Below are positions 12,277 to 26,130 of a stretch of 64,000 nt of DNA, one piece after another. Positions within the stretch are counted from its first letter, which is position 1, and each line of letters begins with the position of its first letter. The stretch comes from Eledone cirrhosa (taxonomy: Eukaryota): the NCBI GenBank assembly GCA_964016885.1, contig OZ024758.1, forward strand, positions 10,912,001 through 10,976,000. Reading direction: 5' to 3'. The position numbers and the translations under genes are program-made. The notes below the pieces were generated by a model. It did not search any database, was not told where the DNA came from, and saw only the letters and a list, made by a program, of their open reading frames with translations.

Positions 12277-13019
12277 TGGAGCATGTTTTCGTTTATTTGA
12301 GCTTTTAAACATTGGTACCTAAAAATAAACGAAAGCAATGACGAAAGAGACCCTAAATATTTTCATCAATAATAGACTATATGCCCTTATACACACACGC
12401 ACACAATGGACTTACATTCGTATAGCCATCTATACATACATACATACATACATACATACACCATACATATCTATTGTACACGTGTATTCTCACTGTTTTA
12501 TATGTTAAGTAAAAATCAATAAGCAATCGTGAAATTATTTCTAAGACAAAAACCACAATGACATACGTGGAAATAGGTAATTTGATTATTTTTATGTTTC
12601 CATTTCTCAAAATGACCTTAATTGAAAAGGTGGAAAAACCTAAATTCTAAGAACATTGCTACAATATGTCTATAAAAGAATAACACCAAAAAAAGTCATC
12701 GATCGTCAATAAAGAGTTTAAGATGGAAGAGAAAGAACAAAACGATGACATTCAAATTTTGGTTTTATCACCTTCGAAACATCGGTCTTTTACGAATAGA
12801 AACAACGTTACGCACACACACACAGTGTAGCTCGGTTGTAGAATTATATGTATGTAAATGGCAACAGACATTTACTGATGGGGTGATTCCGTACTTATAG
12901 TAGAATCGTATTTATTGCATGTATCGCAGTTGCCTGGTTCCTGAGGATTACCAATACCGGCTCAACTCTGAATACGTTTCTTTAAAGGTTTCTTAGAGGT
13001 AGGTAAGTGAACAAAATAT

Positions 13020-13064
<45 letters not shown>

Positions 13065-13393
13065 TATATATATGTCTATATGTATATATCTGTGTATATA
13101 TATAAATATGTATATATATATATGTATGAATATAGGCATATATATGTGTGTATGTATGTATATATATATATGTCTATATGTATATATCTGTGTTATATGT
13201 ATATATCTGTGTATATATATAAATATGTATATATATATGAATATATGCATATATATGTGTATATATATATATGAATATATGTGTATATATATGTATATAT
13301 ATATATGTATGAATATATGTGTATATATATATATATGTATGTATATATATGTATATGTATGTATATATATGTATATGAATATATATGTAAATA

Positions 13394-13426
<33 letters not shown>

Positions 13427-13427
13427 G

Positions 13428-13488
<61 letters not shown>

Positions 13489-14420
13489 ATATATATGGAG
13501 GGGGGTGTAACATTGTTTACTCTTCTCGAAAAGGATTGTGTTTTGGAACATCACGTAATTACAATTTGAGGGAAACGTGTTGCTTGGGAATTACACGAAA
13601 TAGGAATAAATAGGAATATACCTCTAATATTTACGAGAGTGAGAAAAAAATAAACCACTTTGAATTTCCACTGTCATAGGAAAGAAAAACATATTTGAAA
13701 TATTTTTAGTTTGATTATTTCTCTTTGTAGTGTGAGATGCTGCATGACAGCTTCAGGAAGAAGGTGGAGAGTGTGATAAAGGGAGAGAACAATGGAAGTA
13801 GAAAAGCACATGTTACAATGCGTAGTATAATCAGGATTAAATTCAGAAAAATTCGAAAATGTCATGAAAGCTTCCTGTACTGATAGGACATTGATAGCTG
13901 ATAGCAATATATAGTGCAATACATCAGCAGCATTAACAACACGATTGACGACGAACGGCGAACCAATTATGTAGCTTCTATATGTGGGAGCTCAAATTGT
14001 TAGAAATAGCAGCCAAATCCACATAAAATTATTTCTCTTCTGTCTTAAAAAGAATAGAACATTGAACAATGTAGATCCTTGTATATAATGTCGTAGTTCA
14101 TCAAAGGTCAGTTTTAAGACTAACCCCGTCACGAGCAACCGAGTATGCTTTGATAATATGTACGATATTTTAGCTAAATTTTTTAGGTGCCAATTGGGGC
14201 ACGATATGGTACAGACATTCTCTGAAATACCCTTTATACAGGTGAGAGCTGTCTGATGAAATCATATCTGGATCATTAAGTACTAGGTACCATGGAAATA
14301 CGTATAAAAACTATTACATAATAAATGCAGTGGAATATAACGTTATTGTTTTCCACTTTATTATAATAATAAATGTGAAGACTAAAATTCAAAGAGGGCT
14401 CGATAAGGATAAATATATAT

Positions 14421-14455
<35 letters not shown>

Positions 14456-14702
14456 TACAGCCAGTAATAATACAACCTATTGGATTTGTTCACTGGTAGT
14501 TTGATTCCTAATACTTTTACTTCCTTAACAGAAGTAATGGACACCACTAATGTCCATTTCTTCCGTTGAGGGGTCTTTTATGTTCAATTATCGAGACTAT
14601 TTTTCTTTTGTAAAAACGATTCGATGGAGCTTCTATATTTCTCATACAAAGTTCACATTATGATCATCGTTTCTATGAGTCACACTAAAGAATTTACATA
14701 TC

Positions 14703-14851
14703 TTCTTTATTGTGGATGCGTGATGAGTTTTGTTACTCAGGAGTTTCACCTGTACTCACAGGATCATCATACAAGACTGTCTGTCTGATGATCCTGAGTT
14801 CACAGATGAAGCTCCCGAATAACAAGCCTTATCAATCATCGCAGTAAAGAA
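14703..14851. repeat. Diverged fold-back with degenerate hammerhead cores
   Basis: Left arm on minus reads TGATGA-t-cctgt(gagt)acagg-t-GAAAC-TC. Right arm reads CTGATGA-tcctgagttcacaga-tgaagc. Confidence 0.5.
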
Positions 14852-14919
14852 TATTTAATCTCTACTTCAGTATTGAGTACTCAGTCTCACGTACGTCAGT
14901 ATCCCACGTACAGATACAA

Positions 14920-15084
14920 ATTTCAGTATAATTTTAGAAAATTAAATTTTTAATAATAAAACTATCGATACATTCATAGGAGAGCTGATATAGTTCAATA
15001 ATTAGAAATAATTATATATCATCATATAAAGAACTATCAATATATTGATTAGATAATTTTATACCGCATCTGGTGTGTGTTATT

Positions 15085-15125
<41 letters not shown>

Positions 15126-15470
15126 GCCTGCCTGAATATATAATTTTTTCGAGGACTACAAACATTAAAGTGGATTTTCTCTCTCATATATACACATACA
15201 ACTCATATATATATATATGCCATAGGACATGAGAGACGTGCCTAAAAAAATACGTACCTATACACACTAAATGCAGTATAAAAATCACCTAATCAATCAA
15301 TATATTGATAATTCTTTATATGATGGTATATAATTATTTCTAAATATTGAACAATACCATTCCACTATGATTATATGTTTTTTCTTATTTTTATTTATAT
15401 ATTTATCATATTTATATATATATATATTTCTATTTTGTTAAAAACTGAAATTTCTTAATTATACTGACGC
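14920..15470. repeat. Diverged ~150-bp inverted repeat pair (~14920-15080 / ~15262-15470)
   Basis: tagaaaataattatatatcatcatataaagaactatcaatatattgatt versus aatcaatatattgataattctttatatgatggtatataattattttcta. Confidence 0.7.
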
Positions 15471-16530
15471 TTTGTATGAAGACTCTACAGTTTCATGGTA
15501 CATTATTTTGTGAATAACTGTTTGTCGGATAGCTACTGACATAAATGGTTAGAGAGCTTTGTAATGTGAATTTGGTGGGATGAATTTTCCATTTAGTATC
15601 CAAATTGAAACTATAATTGTGTTTCTTTATGATGCATATTATTGATTTTGTTTGAGAACTTTTGATTTCTCTTTCATCATTCATATTTATATTAGTGTAT
15701 AAAAGACGTAAAGTTTAGAAGGACTTTCGATTGTTTTGTTTTCAATATATCTCAGATTTATGTTAATTTAAACGGAGTTAATGTTGTCTAATTAAGACAA
15801 TAATATAGAATTGTTCGCTTCCTTGGTTTTACAAGTATTGCCATATGTTAGCCATCTTGTTATGTTCCCATAGTTGAAAACCTGTTAGAATTGTGTCATT
15901 GAAGTTATTATGTGTATTTAACTATAAACTGCAACAAGTAAATCGGTTTATCTACACACGCTTTTAAAAGTTGTATCTCGGCCAAATTTACAATCATCAA
16001 TTTATCAAACTATATATAGATATTACTGGAGAATTTACAACCTAGTGGAATCTTTGCAGCATCAAGGTGAAACTTTGATTTCTAGAATTGGCACTATGCC
16101 ACCGATTTTCTGAGAAGGTAAAGTTGATTACTTTGACCCCAGTATTTGTAGGTAATTGCGTTCATCGACCCTTAAAATAATAAGAGGCAAATTTGAAATC
16201 AGAGTTTTCAACACAGAACGTAAAGCACCATAATTAAACATTACATGGCAGCATTTTTACTTCAACTTAAATTCGAGAATAGATTATGGACTATTAAATC
16301 TACTCTAGTACTTAACCACTAATTTATATTATAAACTCATCTTTTTTCTAGAGTAGTTTACGACCACAATGTTCATCCATAGATTGCGGCTTTCCTAATC
16401 AATGTGATATCATATTCGGGTGATTAGTCCTGGCCATGGTAAATTATTAATCTCTAGGCTAAATTGAAGCTCAGAATGCAAAATACCGTAAAAGATACTG
16501 CAAGGCATCTCGTCCAACACTTTAGCAATT

Positions 16531-16661
16531 CCGATAAGCCGCCGCTCAACACCGACAAGCCGCCGCCCAGCACCGACAAGCCGCCGCTCAACACCGACAA
16601 GCCGCCGCCCAGCACCGACAAGCCGCCGCCCAGCACCGACAAACCGCCGCCCAACATCGAC
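16531..16661. repeat. 21-bp GC-rich minisatellite, ~6 copies
   Basis: caccgacaagccgccgc(cc/tc)a(g/a) repeated. Confidence 0.95.
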
Positions 16662-17559
16662 ATTTTCCTCTCCTATTAAATGTCATACATTATACGCCAT
16701 ATAACAACAACAACAAAAAACGTTTCTATTTCTTCACGGTATTTTTTTATGGTTTCTAAACATACGAGTAATTTATTTAGATAATTCAATACACGCAACC
16801 TTTTATTTAATATATTAACAGTTGCTAACTTTTTATTGATGATACTTTGTTTGTCTATGAACAAAAAAAATTAACTTCAATATTAATTAATAACTTAGAG
16901 AACTCCAGAAAATAAGAATTATAAATATAATTGTGGCACATTCAGGAACACATTAACGAGGAATCAAAGCAGCAAGAGAAGACTGAGATTACCTAGAATA
17001 TAACTTTCTACGATGCTCACACTTTGCTCTAAATAGAGATTTGTTCGAACAAGATTTAAGACTAATTTGTTTTATATTAAAAACACCCCATAGTTATATT
17101 CATTAGAATTATTCCCTGTATGTTGCTGATATCTATTCTAAAGGATCCAAGAAGAATAAAAACCAAATTAGGTTCTAATAGGATTATATCTGAGAATGTA
17201 CAAAAACCAAATACACTAATATAAAGTCTAGCTTAATAGGATACCATTATGTTGTATATACAACATATAGGATATCATTTAGCTATACAACCACCAACGA
17301 ATAATATCACATTATACAGACTGTAAACAGGATTACATACTAATATCATAGACAAACTAGTCTCTAATGTTTTCAAATGAAAAATTCAGTAAAAGATAAA
17401 ATAACTCAACTGCGATATCTTCATATTCGTATTTTTGATTTGTTTACAATTTTACTACACGGAGAATTATTTTGTCTGAGATAACATAAGGTCTGAATCT
17501 AAGGTTTATATATTTCCATAATACTGTTGCTGTTGTCGCTGTTGTTGTTGAACGTGTCT

Positions 17560-17598
<39 letters not shown>

Positions 17599-17653
17599 CA
17601 CATACACATGTATATATGTATTTATATATGTTTTAAAGATATATATATAGAGA

Positions 17654-17984
17654 GAGAATGCTGAGGATGGCTCTGAACATTAATCGGTATACACTGAGGA
17701 TGAAAACCTCAGAGCTGTATGGGAGCCTCTCAAAAGTGACACAGAGGAGACTGAGGTTAGCTGGACATGCTCACCGACATCCAGAGTTGACATTGCACTC
17801 AGTGCTCCTGTGAGAACCCCCCCTGCATTGACACACTAGAAGAGGAAGACCAAGGTTAACGTATGTTGATGCCCTAAGGACAGACACTGGTCTGTTGGAG
17901 ACGCGGGACATGGCAGCGATAATGAGGGACAGAGACCGCTGGAGAGATCTCGTCTATGGATCTCGGGAATATTACCCGCCCTAG
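17654..17984 (+). mobile_element. RTE-type LINE ORF C-terminus, 5'-truncated
   Basis: Translates with lesions as RMLRMALNI...RRLRLAGHAHRHPE...RRGRPRLTYVDALRTDTGL...MRDRDRWR, the typical RTE C-terminal signature. Confidence 0.85.
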
Positions 17985-18142
17985 AAGAGAAAATATAGAG
18001 AGGGGGACGAAATAGGCATATTTTGGGGGAAATACATAGTATATTGAATATGTATTGATACCTTAACATAGTGTATATATATTATATATATATATATATT
18101 ATTTATTAATATATAAGAATGTACACAATTGTTCTTGCACTT

Positions 18143-18298
<156 letters not shown>

Positions 18299-18509
18299 GT
18301 AATGGTGGCGGTGCAACACTGTGTGTGAGAGAGAGAGAGTGTGTGTGTGTGTGTGTGAGAGTGTGTATGGCTGGTTTGAGTAAAAAAAGACATTAGTGAG
18401 CGTTAATTAGTCTCCATGCACACAGATTTAATCAGTTGAACACACGTATCTGTGCATGTACTAGTGTGTGTGTGTGTCTGTCTGTTGGTCTTTGTGTCTG
18501 TATCTGTTT

Positions 18510-18940
18510 GTATGTGTGTGCCACTCTGTGTGTATCTGTATGTGTTGGCCTGTGTGTGTATGTATGTGTTGGCCTGTGTGTGAATGTATGTGCCACTCTG
18601 TGTGTGTCTGTATGTGTTGGCCTGTGTGTGTCTGTATGTGTTGGCCTGTGTGTGTCTGTATGTGTTGGCCTGTGTGTGAATGTATGTGCCACTCTGTGTG
18701 TGTCTGTATGTGTTGGCCTGTGTGTGAATGTATGTGCCACTCTGTGTGTGTCTGTATGTGTTGGCCTGTGTGTGAATGTATGTGCCATTCTGTGGGTGTC
18801 TGTATGTGTTGGCCTGTGTGTGAATGTATGTGCCACTCTGTGTGTGTCTGTATGTGTTGGCCTGTGTGTGAATGTGTGTGCCACTCTATGTGTGTCTGTA
18901 TGTGTTGGCCTGTGTGTGAATGTGTGTGCCACTCTGTGTG
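18510..18940. repeat. (TG)-derived minisatellite, ~48-bp unit with 24-bp subunits
   Basis: tgtgccactctgtgtgtgtctgtatgtgttggcctgtgtgtgaatgta repeated. Confidence 0.9.
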
Positions 18941-19252
18941 TGTGTGTGTATGTATGTGAATATGTACCTTATACACACAGTCCTTACAGAAGCTGATTAA
19001 TTAAACTGGTCATATCTGCAACATTATAATAAAGAAAATCTAGATTGTTTATATTTTTAACTTTATCGTTGGAATGTTTCACTAAAAATCTATTGTTTCC
19101 ATTGCAGTGTATTTTATAAGGATATATTAACCATCATTGTTATTGTTTTCTCTGCGACTAATCTGTTGATTCCTTATTTTTTTTTTTTTTTGTTTTGTTT
19201 TGTTTTTGTATTTTGGAAGAATCATTTCAGCCATTCAGATCTGTTAAATAAC

Positions 19253-19434
19253 TGTTTCTACTTTTGGCACAAGGCCAGCAATAACCCAGTACATTACTGG
19301 TACTTTATTTTATCGACCTCGTAAGGATGAAAGGCAAAGTTAACCTCGGCAGGATTTGAACTCAGATCTTAAAGGGACGTAACTACGCTGGAAAGCATGT
19401 CTGACCCTCTACTGATACTGCCAATTCACCGCCC
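19253..19434 (-). mobile_element. Same SINE family
   Basis: Reverse-complement match; TSD agatctgttaaataac at 19237-19252 and 19451-19466. Confidence 0.9.
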
Positions 19435-19756
19435 TTTATTAAACAACAAAAGATCTGTTAAATAACAAAAACTGTTAACTTCATTTTACAACATTTATTT
19501 CTTATTTCTTGGTGTCAACATTTTCATTGCACTGTTTGCGACCTGGTCACAGACAGACACAGTTTTATTTAGCCATCTGATCACAGACAGACAGACAGAG
19601 TTCTACTTAACGACCTGGTCACAGACACACAGTCCTACTTAACGACCTGGTCACAATATGTAAAGCACCAGTCCAATAGTGACATAGTTTCTTCCTCTTT
19701 TATCTGTTTTTATCTCTCCTCATCCTTCTTTTTGGTTACCCCCTCTCTCTCCCTGC

Positions 19757-19798
<42 letters not shown>

Positions 19799-20304
19799 CT
19801 GTGGAAGAAATCTTCTGCGTTGAAACCGACAGAGGGATGTGCTCCGCTATCTTTAAAAGCCCAAGGCATGCTATATGTCACGACGGCGCCCCTAAGACTT
19901 CATCAAGAGTTAATGACACTCTATGATATTGTACTAGATCACTTGAAATAGGAAGGAGGGAACTGTCAAGTCAGAAACGGCTGAGTAGATATAATATCTC
20001 TCGACTAAATATTCCGTACATTCCTCTCACATCAGCTAGTTAAAGATTTGAACAGCCCATACTAATCACTTAATAACACAGGTAGCAAAAGGTTATAGAG
20101 TATAGAGGATGTGATAAATTGGATGTGACGTGTTGGATTTTAAAGTCAACATGATTAATAGCTAATGGTTAATTGACTAATAAAAATAATGATGGGGATG
20201 ATTATCGTTATGGTGATGATGATGATCTATTAAATAATCAAATACGAGTGCAAGAAGAGAATAGGTTGCGTTTTGGAATTTACTAATACTGCTTACCTTT
20301 CTTT

Positions 20305-20455
20305 TACTACTACTACTACCACTACCACCACCACCACTACTACCACTACTACTACTACCACCATTACCACCACCACTACTACTACTACCACCACTACTAC
20401 TACTACTACCACTATCACCACTACTGCCACTACTACTACTACCACCATTACCACC

Positions 20456-20517
<62 letters not shown>

Positions 20518-20533
20518 CACTACTACTACCACC
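20305..20533. repeat. (ACT/ACC)n microsatellite
   Basis: Directly visible. Confidence 0.95.
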
Positions 20534-20589
20534 ATGGCGTCCGACCCTCTACCGCCCTTAATACTACTAGAGAGTTATAGCTACTGCTG

Positions 20590-20627
<38 letters not shown>

Positions 20628-20635
<8 letters not shown>

Positions 20636-21042
20636 ATACTTGGGGAGGGTCATATTTGTGTAATAATATTGCCAGAATTAATAACAGAACACACCTCACT
20701 GTTTGGTTGGTTTTCGCTTCTCTGTCTTTTATATCGGTTAATTTAATTTATTCGGTCCTCAATGTTACCATTGACTGACCAACGGTCAAAAATACAGATA
20801 CAATATAGACACAAACACATATATATAGTCTAACAAAGTTCTTTCGTTGCACATCTGCAACATCGTCAGTGGTGCTATTATGTTTCCTCCCGTTGTATTG
20901 TATGCCTACGCCATCTTTTCCATCTTAACCAAACAGTGAGTGTGTTCTGTTATTAATTCTGGCAATATTATTACACAAATATGACCCTCCCCAAGTATAA
21001 CAATATTTGTTTCGACACACGATTTCATATCAAAAACCTCGC

Positions 21043-21048
<6 letters not shown>
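20628..21048 (-). mobile_element. (TA)n-embedded element with ~80-bp inverted repeats and internal hammerhead core
   Basis: Inverted arms ~20628-20708 / ~20927-21007. Minus strand 20842-20869 reads CTGACGA-t-gttgca(gatg)tgcaac-GAAA. Confidence 0.6.
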
Positions 21049-21115
<67 letters not shown>

Positions 21116-21323
21116 GTGTCTGTGAGAGAGAGAGCTGTATATACATAATATATATATTTGTATGTGTGCATACATGTGTCTGAGTATGTATGTAATGAAT
21201 ATATATATATACAGAGAGTGAGAGTTTCACCCATAGATAAATGAAAACTCTTCAGGCGGAAATCAAACTACATCCCAATACACATCAGTTTATGTCATAT
21301 ATATATATATATATATATATATA

Positions 21324-21356
<33 letters not shown>

Positions 21357-21691
21357 ATGTGTGTATATATATATGAGAGAGGGGGGGGGGAGATAGATAG
21401 GATACGGAATAGACATGTAATATATCTCGGTCTCTGTGCTTAGAAAAATTGCAGACATTAATTGAGATTGCTATCGTCTGTATGATATATAACATATTAC
21501 TAACACATTATATATTCTTCATTATGTAATGAAAGAGGAAATTAGAATAAAGACAACTCACGTATGTCCGTTAATTTTGTCACAAAAACCGGTTCATATA
21601 TCAGTATAGTACAATGGAGAATTGTGTTATTACAAAATTATTAGTTCCGTTTTATTGGTGAAAAAGATATAGACATGTAATATAATATAAT

Positions 21692-21880
21692 AGTTTCTAC
21701 TTTTTGGCACAAGGCCAGCAATTACCCAGTGCATTACTGGTACTTTATTTTTTCGACACACCCGTAAGGATGAAAGGCAAAGTTGACCTCGGCAGGAATT
21801 GAACTCAGACTGTAAAGGGCCGTAACTCTATGCTGAAAAGCATGGCGTCCGACCTTCTACCGATACTGCCAATCCACAGC
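21692..21880 (-). mobile_element. Same SINE family
   Basis: Reverse-complement match; probable TSD atgtaatataat at 21675-21686 and 21887-21898. Confidence 0.9.
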
Positions 21881-22927
21881 CATTTAATGTAATATAATGT
21901 TTGTATTTATCTTGCTGTGGTCGATAAACCAAGTCCAGTGGAGGGAGATTGATGGAATTGTTAGATTTATGGACGTTAGTTTTACAAGCAGGCTGTTTCG
22001 TTGATCGAACAACTGGAACATTCAACGACGAAACCGACGGAGGTCCATCACAGCATATATTTTATATCTAGTCCGTAGAATAAATGTCGATACCGGAATT
22101 TCAATTACCGGTTGAAAATTTTAACAATTCCTCTATTAATGCTTATGAAATGCGCATAAACTCCTAAACAATTGCTTCAACAAAATATGAGGTAGATTCT
22201 AGTTCTGTTCTTTTTTCTTATGTTATTGTTTAGTAAAGAGCCTGTGAGTCTGGTGGGATGAAGGTGTCACCTAACCGGACAGACTTAAGTCAAATACTTC
22301 CAAGAGAGTGGGCAACACCCACTAAAGAAACCCCCGAAAGCCAAGTAGTTGTATAAAAACGACGAATTAAAACTACAAGTCAATATTTTATCTGCTAGAA
22401 ATATCAGACAAATTTACTCTGAAATTAAATTCTATCTTCTTAAAAACTCAAGGATGGGCCTGACCCGCCCCCCCTCCTTTGATCATAAGTTTGCTCAATA
22501 AAATCAAAACCAATCCCTTCGAATATATATATATTTTTTTGCCAAATATATGTCACCGTGTCTACTTTGTAAAAAAGTTAATTTATTCTAATAAGACTAA
22601 TGGAGTAATCTCCAAATTAAGCGCAGCTTTTGGTGACTGCTTTGATAGATGAATTGATTGACCGATTGGAAAGTAAGATAGATAATGCCAAGATAAACTT
22701 TGATCGATAAATCTGAATTATTCAAAATTGTTTTATCAATTATAACTTAGACTGCGATATATATATATATATAATTTATATATATATACATACGTATACA
22801 TATATATATATATATATATAGTACGCGATACTTGGGGTAGTAGTGTTGTTATTTGGATAAGTCAAGACCCCGACGGCTGAGCTCTTGCCGTTTCAACAAC
22901 TAGTTCCAGGCTGTGTGTGTGTGTATG

Positions 22928-22973
<46 letters not shown>

Positions 22974-22976
<3 letters not shown>

Positions 22977-23153
22977 GTTTCTACTTTAGGCACAAGGCCA
23001 GTAATTACCCAGTGCATTACTGGTATTTTATTTTATCGACCAAGTTAGGATGAAAGGCAAAGTCAACCTCGGCGGGATTTGAACTCAGACCGTAAAGGGA
23101 CGTAACTATGCTGGAAAGCATGGCGTCCGACCCTCTACCGATACTGCCAATCC

Positions 23154-23156
<3 letters not shown>
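22974..23156 (-). mobile_element. Same SINE family, within (TA)n
   Basis: Full-length reverse-complement match flanked by (TA)n. Confidence 0.9.
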
Positions 23157-23201
<45 letters not shown>

Positions 23202-23312
23202 CACATTATATATATACACATTATATATATATATATAAGGTGGATTGGCAGTATATATATATGTAAAAAATGCACACACACACACATGTGTATATGTATA
23301 TATATATATATA

Positions 23313-23662
23313 TAATTTTGTTTCTGAATTTGTTTAGCAAGATTCTTTATCTGAAATCGTGTGTTGAAACCGATATTGTTATACTTTGGGAGGGTCATGT
23401 TGCCAATAAGAAACACACGCACCAGTTGCTTTCACTTCAATTTATTATATATTTATAAATTTACAAATTTATAAATTTCTGGTTGGTTGGTTGGTTCCAC
23501 AACCAGATAGTTGTTTATATATAGTCATAGTTCTTTCGTCACACACTCTGTGACCTCTTCAGTGACTGGGGATTCCTTTCTTTGTTTCTGTGCCTCTCCT
23601 TTGTTCTGTCCTACGCCATTTTGAAAAATGACAACATGACCCTCCCAAAGTATAACAATATA
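23313..23662 (-). mobile_element. Relative of the 20628 element with ~30-bp inverted repeats and hammerhead core
   Basis: Arms atattgttatactttgggagggtcatgttg ~23372-23402 / ~23632-23661. Minus strand 23534-23562 reads CTGAAGA-g-gtcaca(gagtg)tgtgac-GAAA-gaac. Confidence 0.6.
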
Positions 23663-23698
23663 TATATAATGTATATGTAAAAATACACACGCACATAC

Positions 23699-23765
<67 letters not shown>

Positions 23766-24051
23766 CATACACGTACTTATGATAAAATGTGAACGATGAC
23801 TAGAAGACAATCAGTAAGAGAGTGGCAAGGGATTATGTGAATGGAAGGATTGGCAATGTAATGTATGGATGCACAAGTGTATTTAAATGAGGATTTATGT
23901 AACATATCTAGACGGTTGGTGGTTACTTAAGTGTGTAGAGGAATAAATTCCCATTTATTCAAACAAAGCCAACTTATATATACATACATATTTACATACT
24001 TAAGTGGAGAGGGAGATTAATCATATATAGGTATATATATACATTAAACGT

Positions 24052-24099
<48 letters not shown>

Positions 24100-24243
24100 T
24101 ATATATTCTATAATCAGATACGCACACACATATGCATATGCATATATATATATATATATACACAGAGTCCATTTTGTATTGTTTAGCCGTCTATCTCTTT
24201 CAACGTTATATATATGTATATATTCCTAAACATACACACACGC

Positions 24244-24288
<45 letters not shown>

Positions 24289-25422
24289 GTCCATTTTGTA
24301 TTGTTTAGCCTTCTATCTCTTTCAACGTTATATATATGTATATATATATATATATATATATACATGGGCGTGTGTGTATGTTTAGGAATATCTTTTGTTG
24401 AGCGCGTATTTGAATATATATAAATATATATATTTATATATATTTTTTGTGCGTGTGTGTGTGTGTTTTTTTCTGTGTGCGCGTATGCTGATAGAAAGAT
24501 AACGATGGATGGTGATTGAGTGATTTATTGACAACAAACACTGACAGATGAACGAATGAATGGATGAAGGGATCAATAAGAGAATCATAAACTTTCGATT
24601 GAATGAATGGGTGAACTAAGAAAGTTGGATACGAAAAGAAATCGATAAAAATTATTATTCATTCACTATTTGGATCAACTGTTACTATTTTTAGTGTTCT
24701 GTTTGGATGTTTGTCCATGTGAAGAGAAGTTGCACTACATTGCTCAGGGAGAAAATCAAAGATAATCTGAATACAGAGATTTTATACGTTTCAATAACGT
24801 TTATAAAGTTTCGATTATAATCAAGCTGTACTCCTAATGCCGCCTTTTGATTGGGAAAAAAATAAATAAATAGTTTCATTTATAATATTTGTTGCTTGGA
24901 TTTGCCTTTTCATTGATCCTCTATTGTCAACTTGAAAGGAATTTGAAAGATTTTTGAATTTAAATATTGTTGTTCTTGTTCTTGTTATTATTTTTTTCAT
25001 TTAGCATTACGTTAGACGTTACTGCGCATGTCAAATTTGAAGGTCATCACAGCCTTGTTAGTTAGTTACGATTATTTTTGGTTTCAGAGATATTGTATCT
25101 GGGTCAATATTATGTAATCTTACATCCCTTTATGTTCTGAATTCAAATCCCACCGTGGTTAGTTTTTGCCTTTCCTCCGTACGGTGTCGATACAATAAAG
25201 TACCAGTTACACACTGGGGTGGTTTAATCAACTTTCCCCTCCCCTACAAATTGTTAGCCTTTTCTCTAAATCAGAAACCAGTATTATGTAATATTACTTA
25301 GCGGTTGCACTAACACAGCGCAGCTTCATTCAGAATAACGATGTATATATATATAAGCCAATATACAAACGCAAATCATCTCGCTGCGAGTATTCTAACA
25401 ATAAGCTCCTTTCACATATATA

Positions 25423-25510
25423 CAGGGTATCCCCCCAAAATGTATACACCATTCTAATAAATATTGTCTGTACAGGTAATCAAAGAGTGTATACATTTTC
25501 GGGGACATTA
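25423..25510. mobile_element. Same MITE family
   Basis: cagggtatccccccaaaatgtatacac...gtgtatacattttcggggaca. Confidence 0.7.
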
Positions 25511-26130
25511 TATATATATGTTGAAAATTGCAAACTTGACTGTCACCACAGAATATGAACCTGAAGATTGCGAAAGCATGAAAGTACTTGTTCAATTAAC
25601 ACTTAACATTTAATATTTTACCATACTATTTCATTCTAATACCATTATAAATTTTAAAAGATTGTAAATAAAACGAGTAAATCAGACAAAGTTGGAATTC
25701 CTTTTATTAATATAATCTTCTATACACAATCATACACACTCGTGTGTATTTATTTATATATATATATTTATACTTTACCGTGTCGGTTGTCACAAAGTCA
25801 TGACCGGCACGGGCCGGTGTTTGGATTATGTCGATCGATTGGTTATTGATTAGGCGATACCCGCTGATGAAGCCGCATAAGCCGATTGTGCATTGATGCA
25901 TAATATATGCAGACAGATGGTGCAGTGCACCTTACTGCTGCATTAGTGCGGTAGAAACTCGAGTCTGGGAACCTTATAGGCACCCGTTTTACGTGTGTTG
26001 TGTTGAGGCAAATAACTATGTGTATACTCTGGTAATGTATCTTACATTGCCCATTGAGTGCGCTGAGATACAACCGGTACTGGCATTGATAAATATGCTG
26101 GGTCCATCAACCCTTATTATTATATATATA

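Noticed and set aside
12993-13569. YI/IY-rich ORFs here and at many other (TA)n, (CA)n and (GA)n tracts
   Set aside because: Dinucleotide microsatellite translations.
16454-16679. DKPPPST-repeat ORF
   Set aside because: A 21-bp minisatellite keeps the frame open; no convincing splice sites.
25862-25895. CTGATGA hammerhead candidate
   Set aside because: No GAAA after the putative stem II and no stem I partner found.
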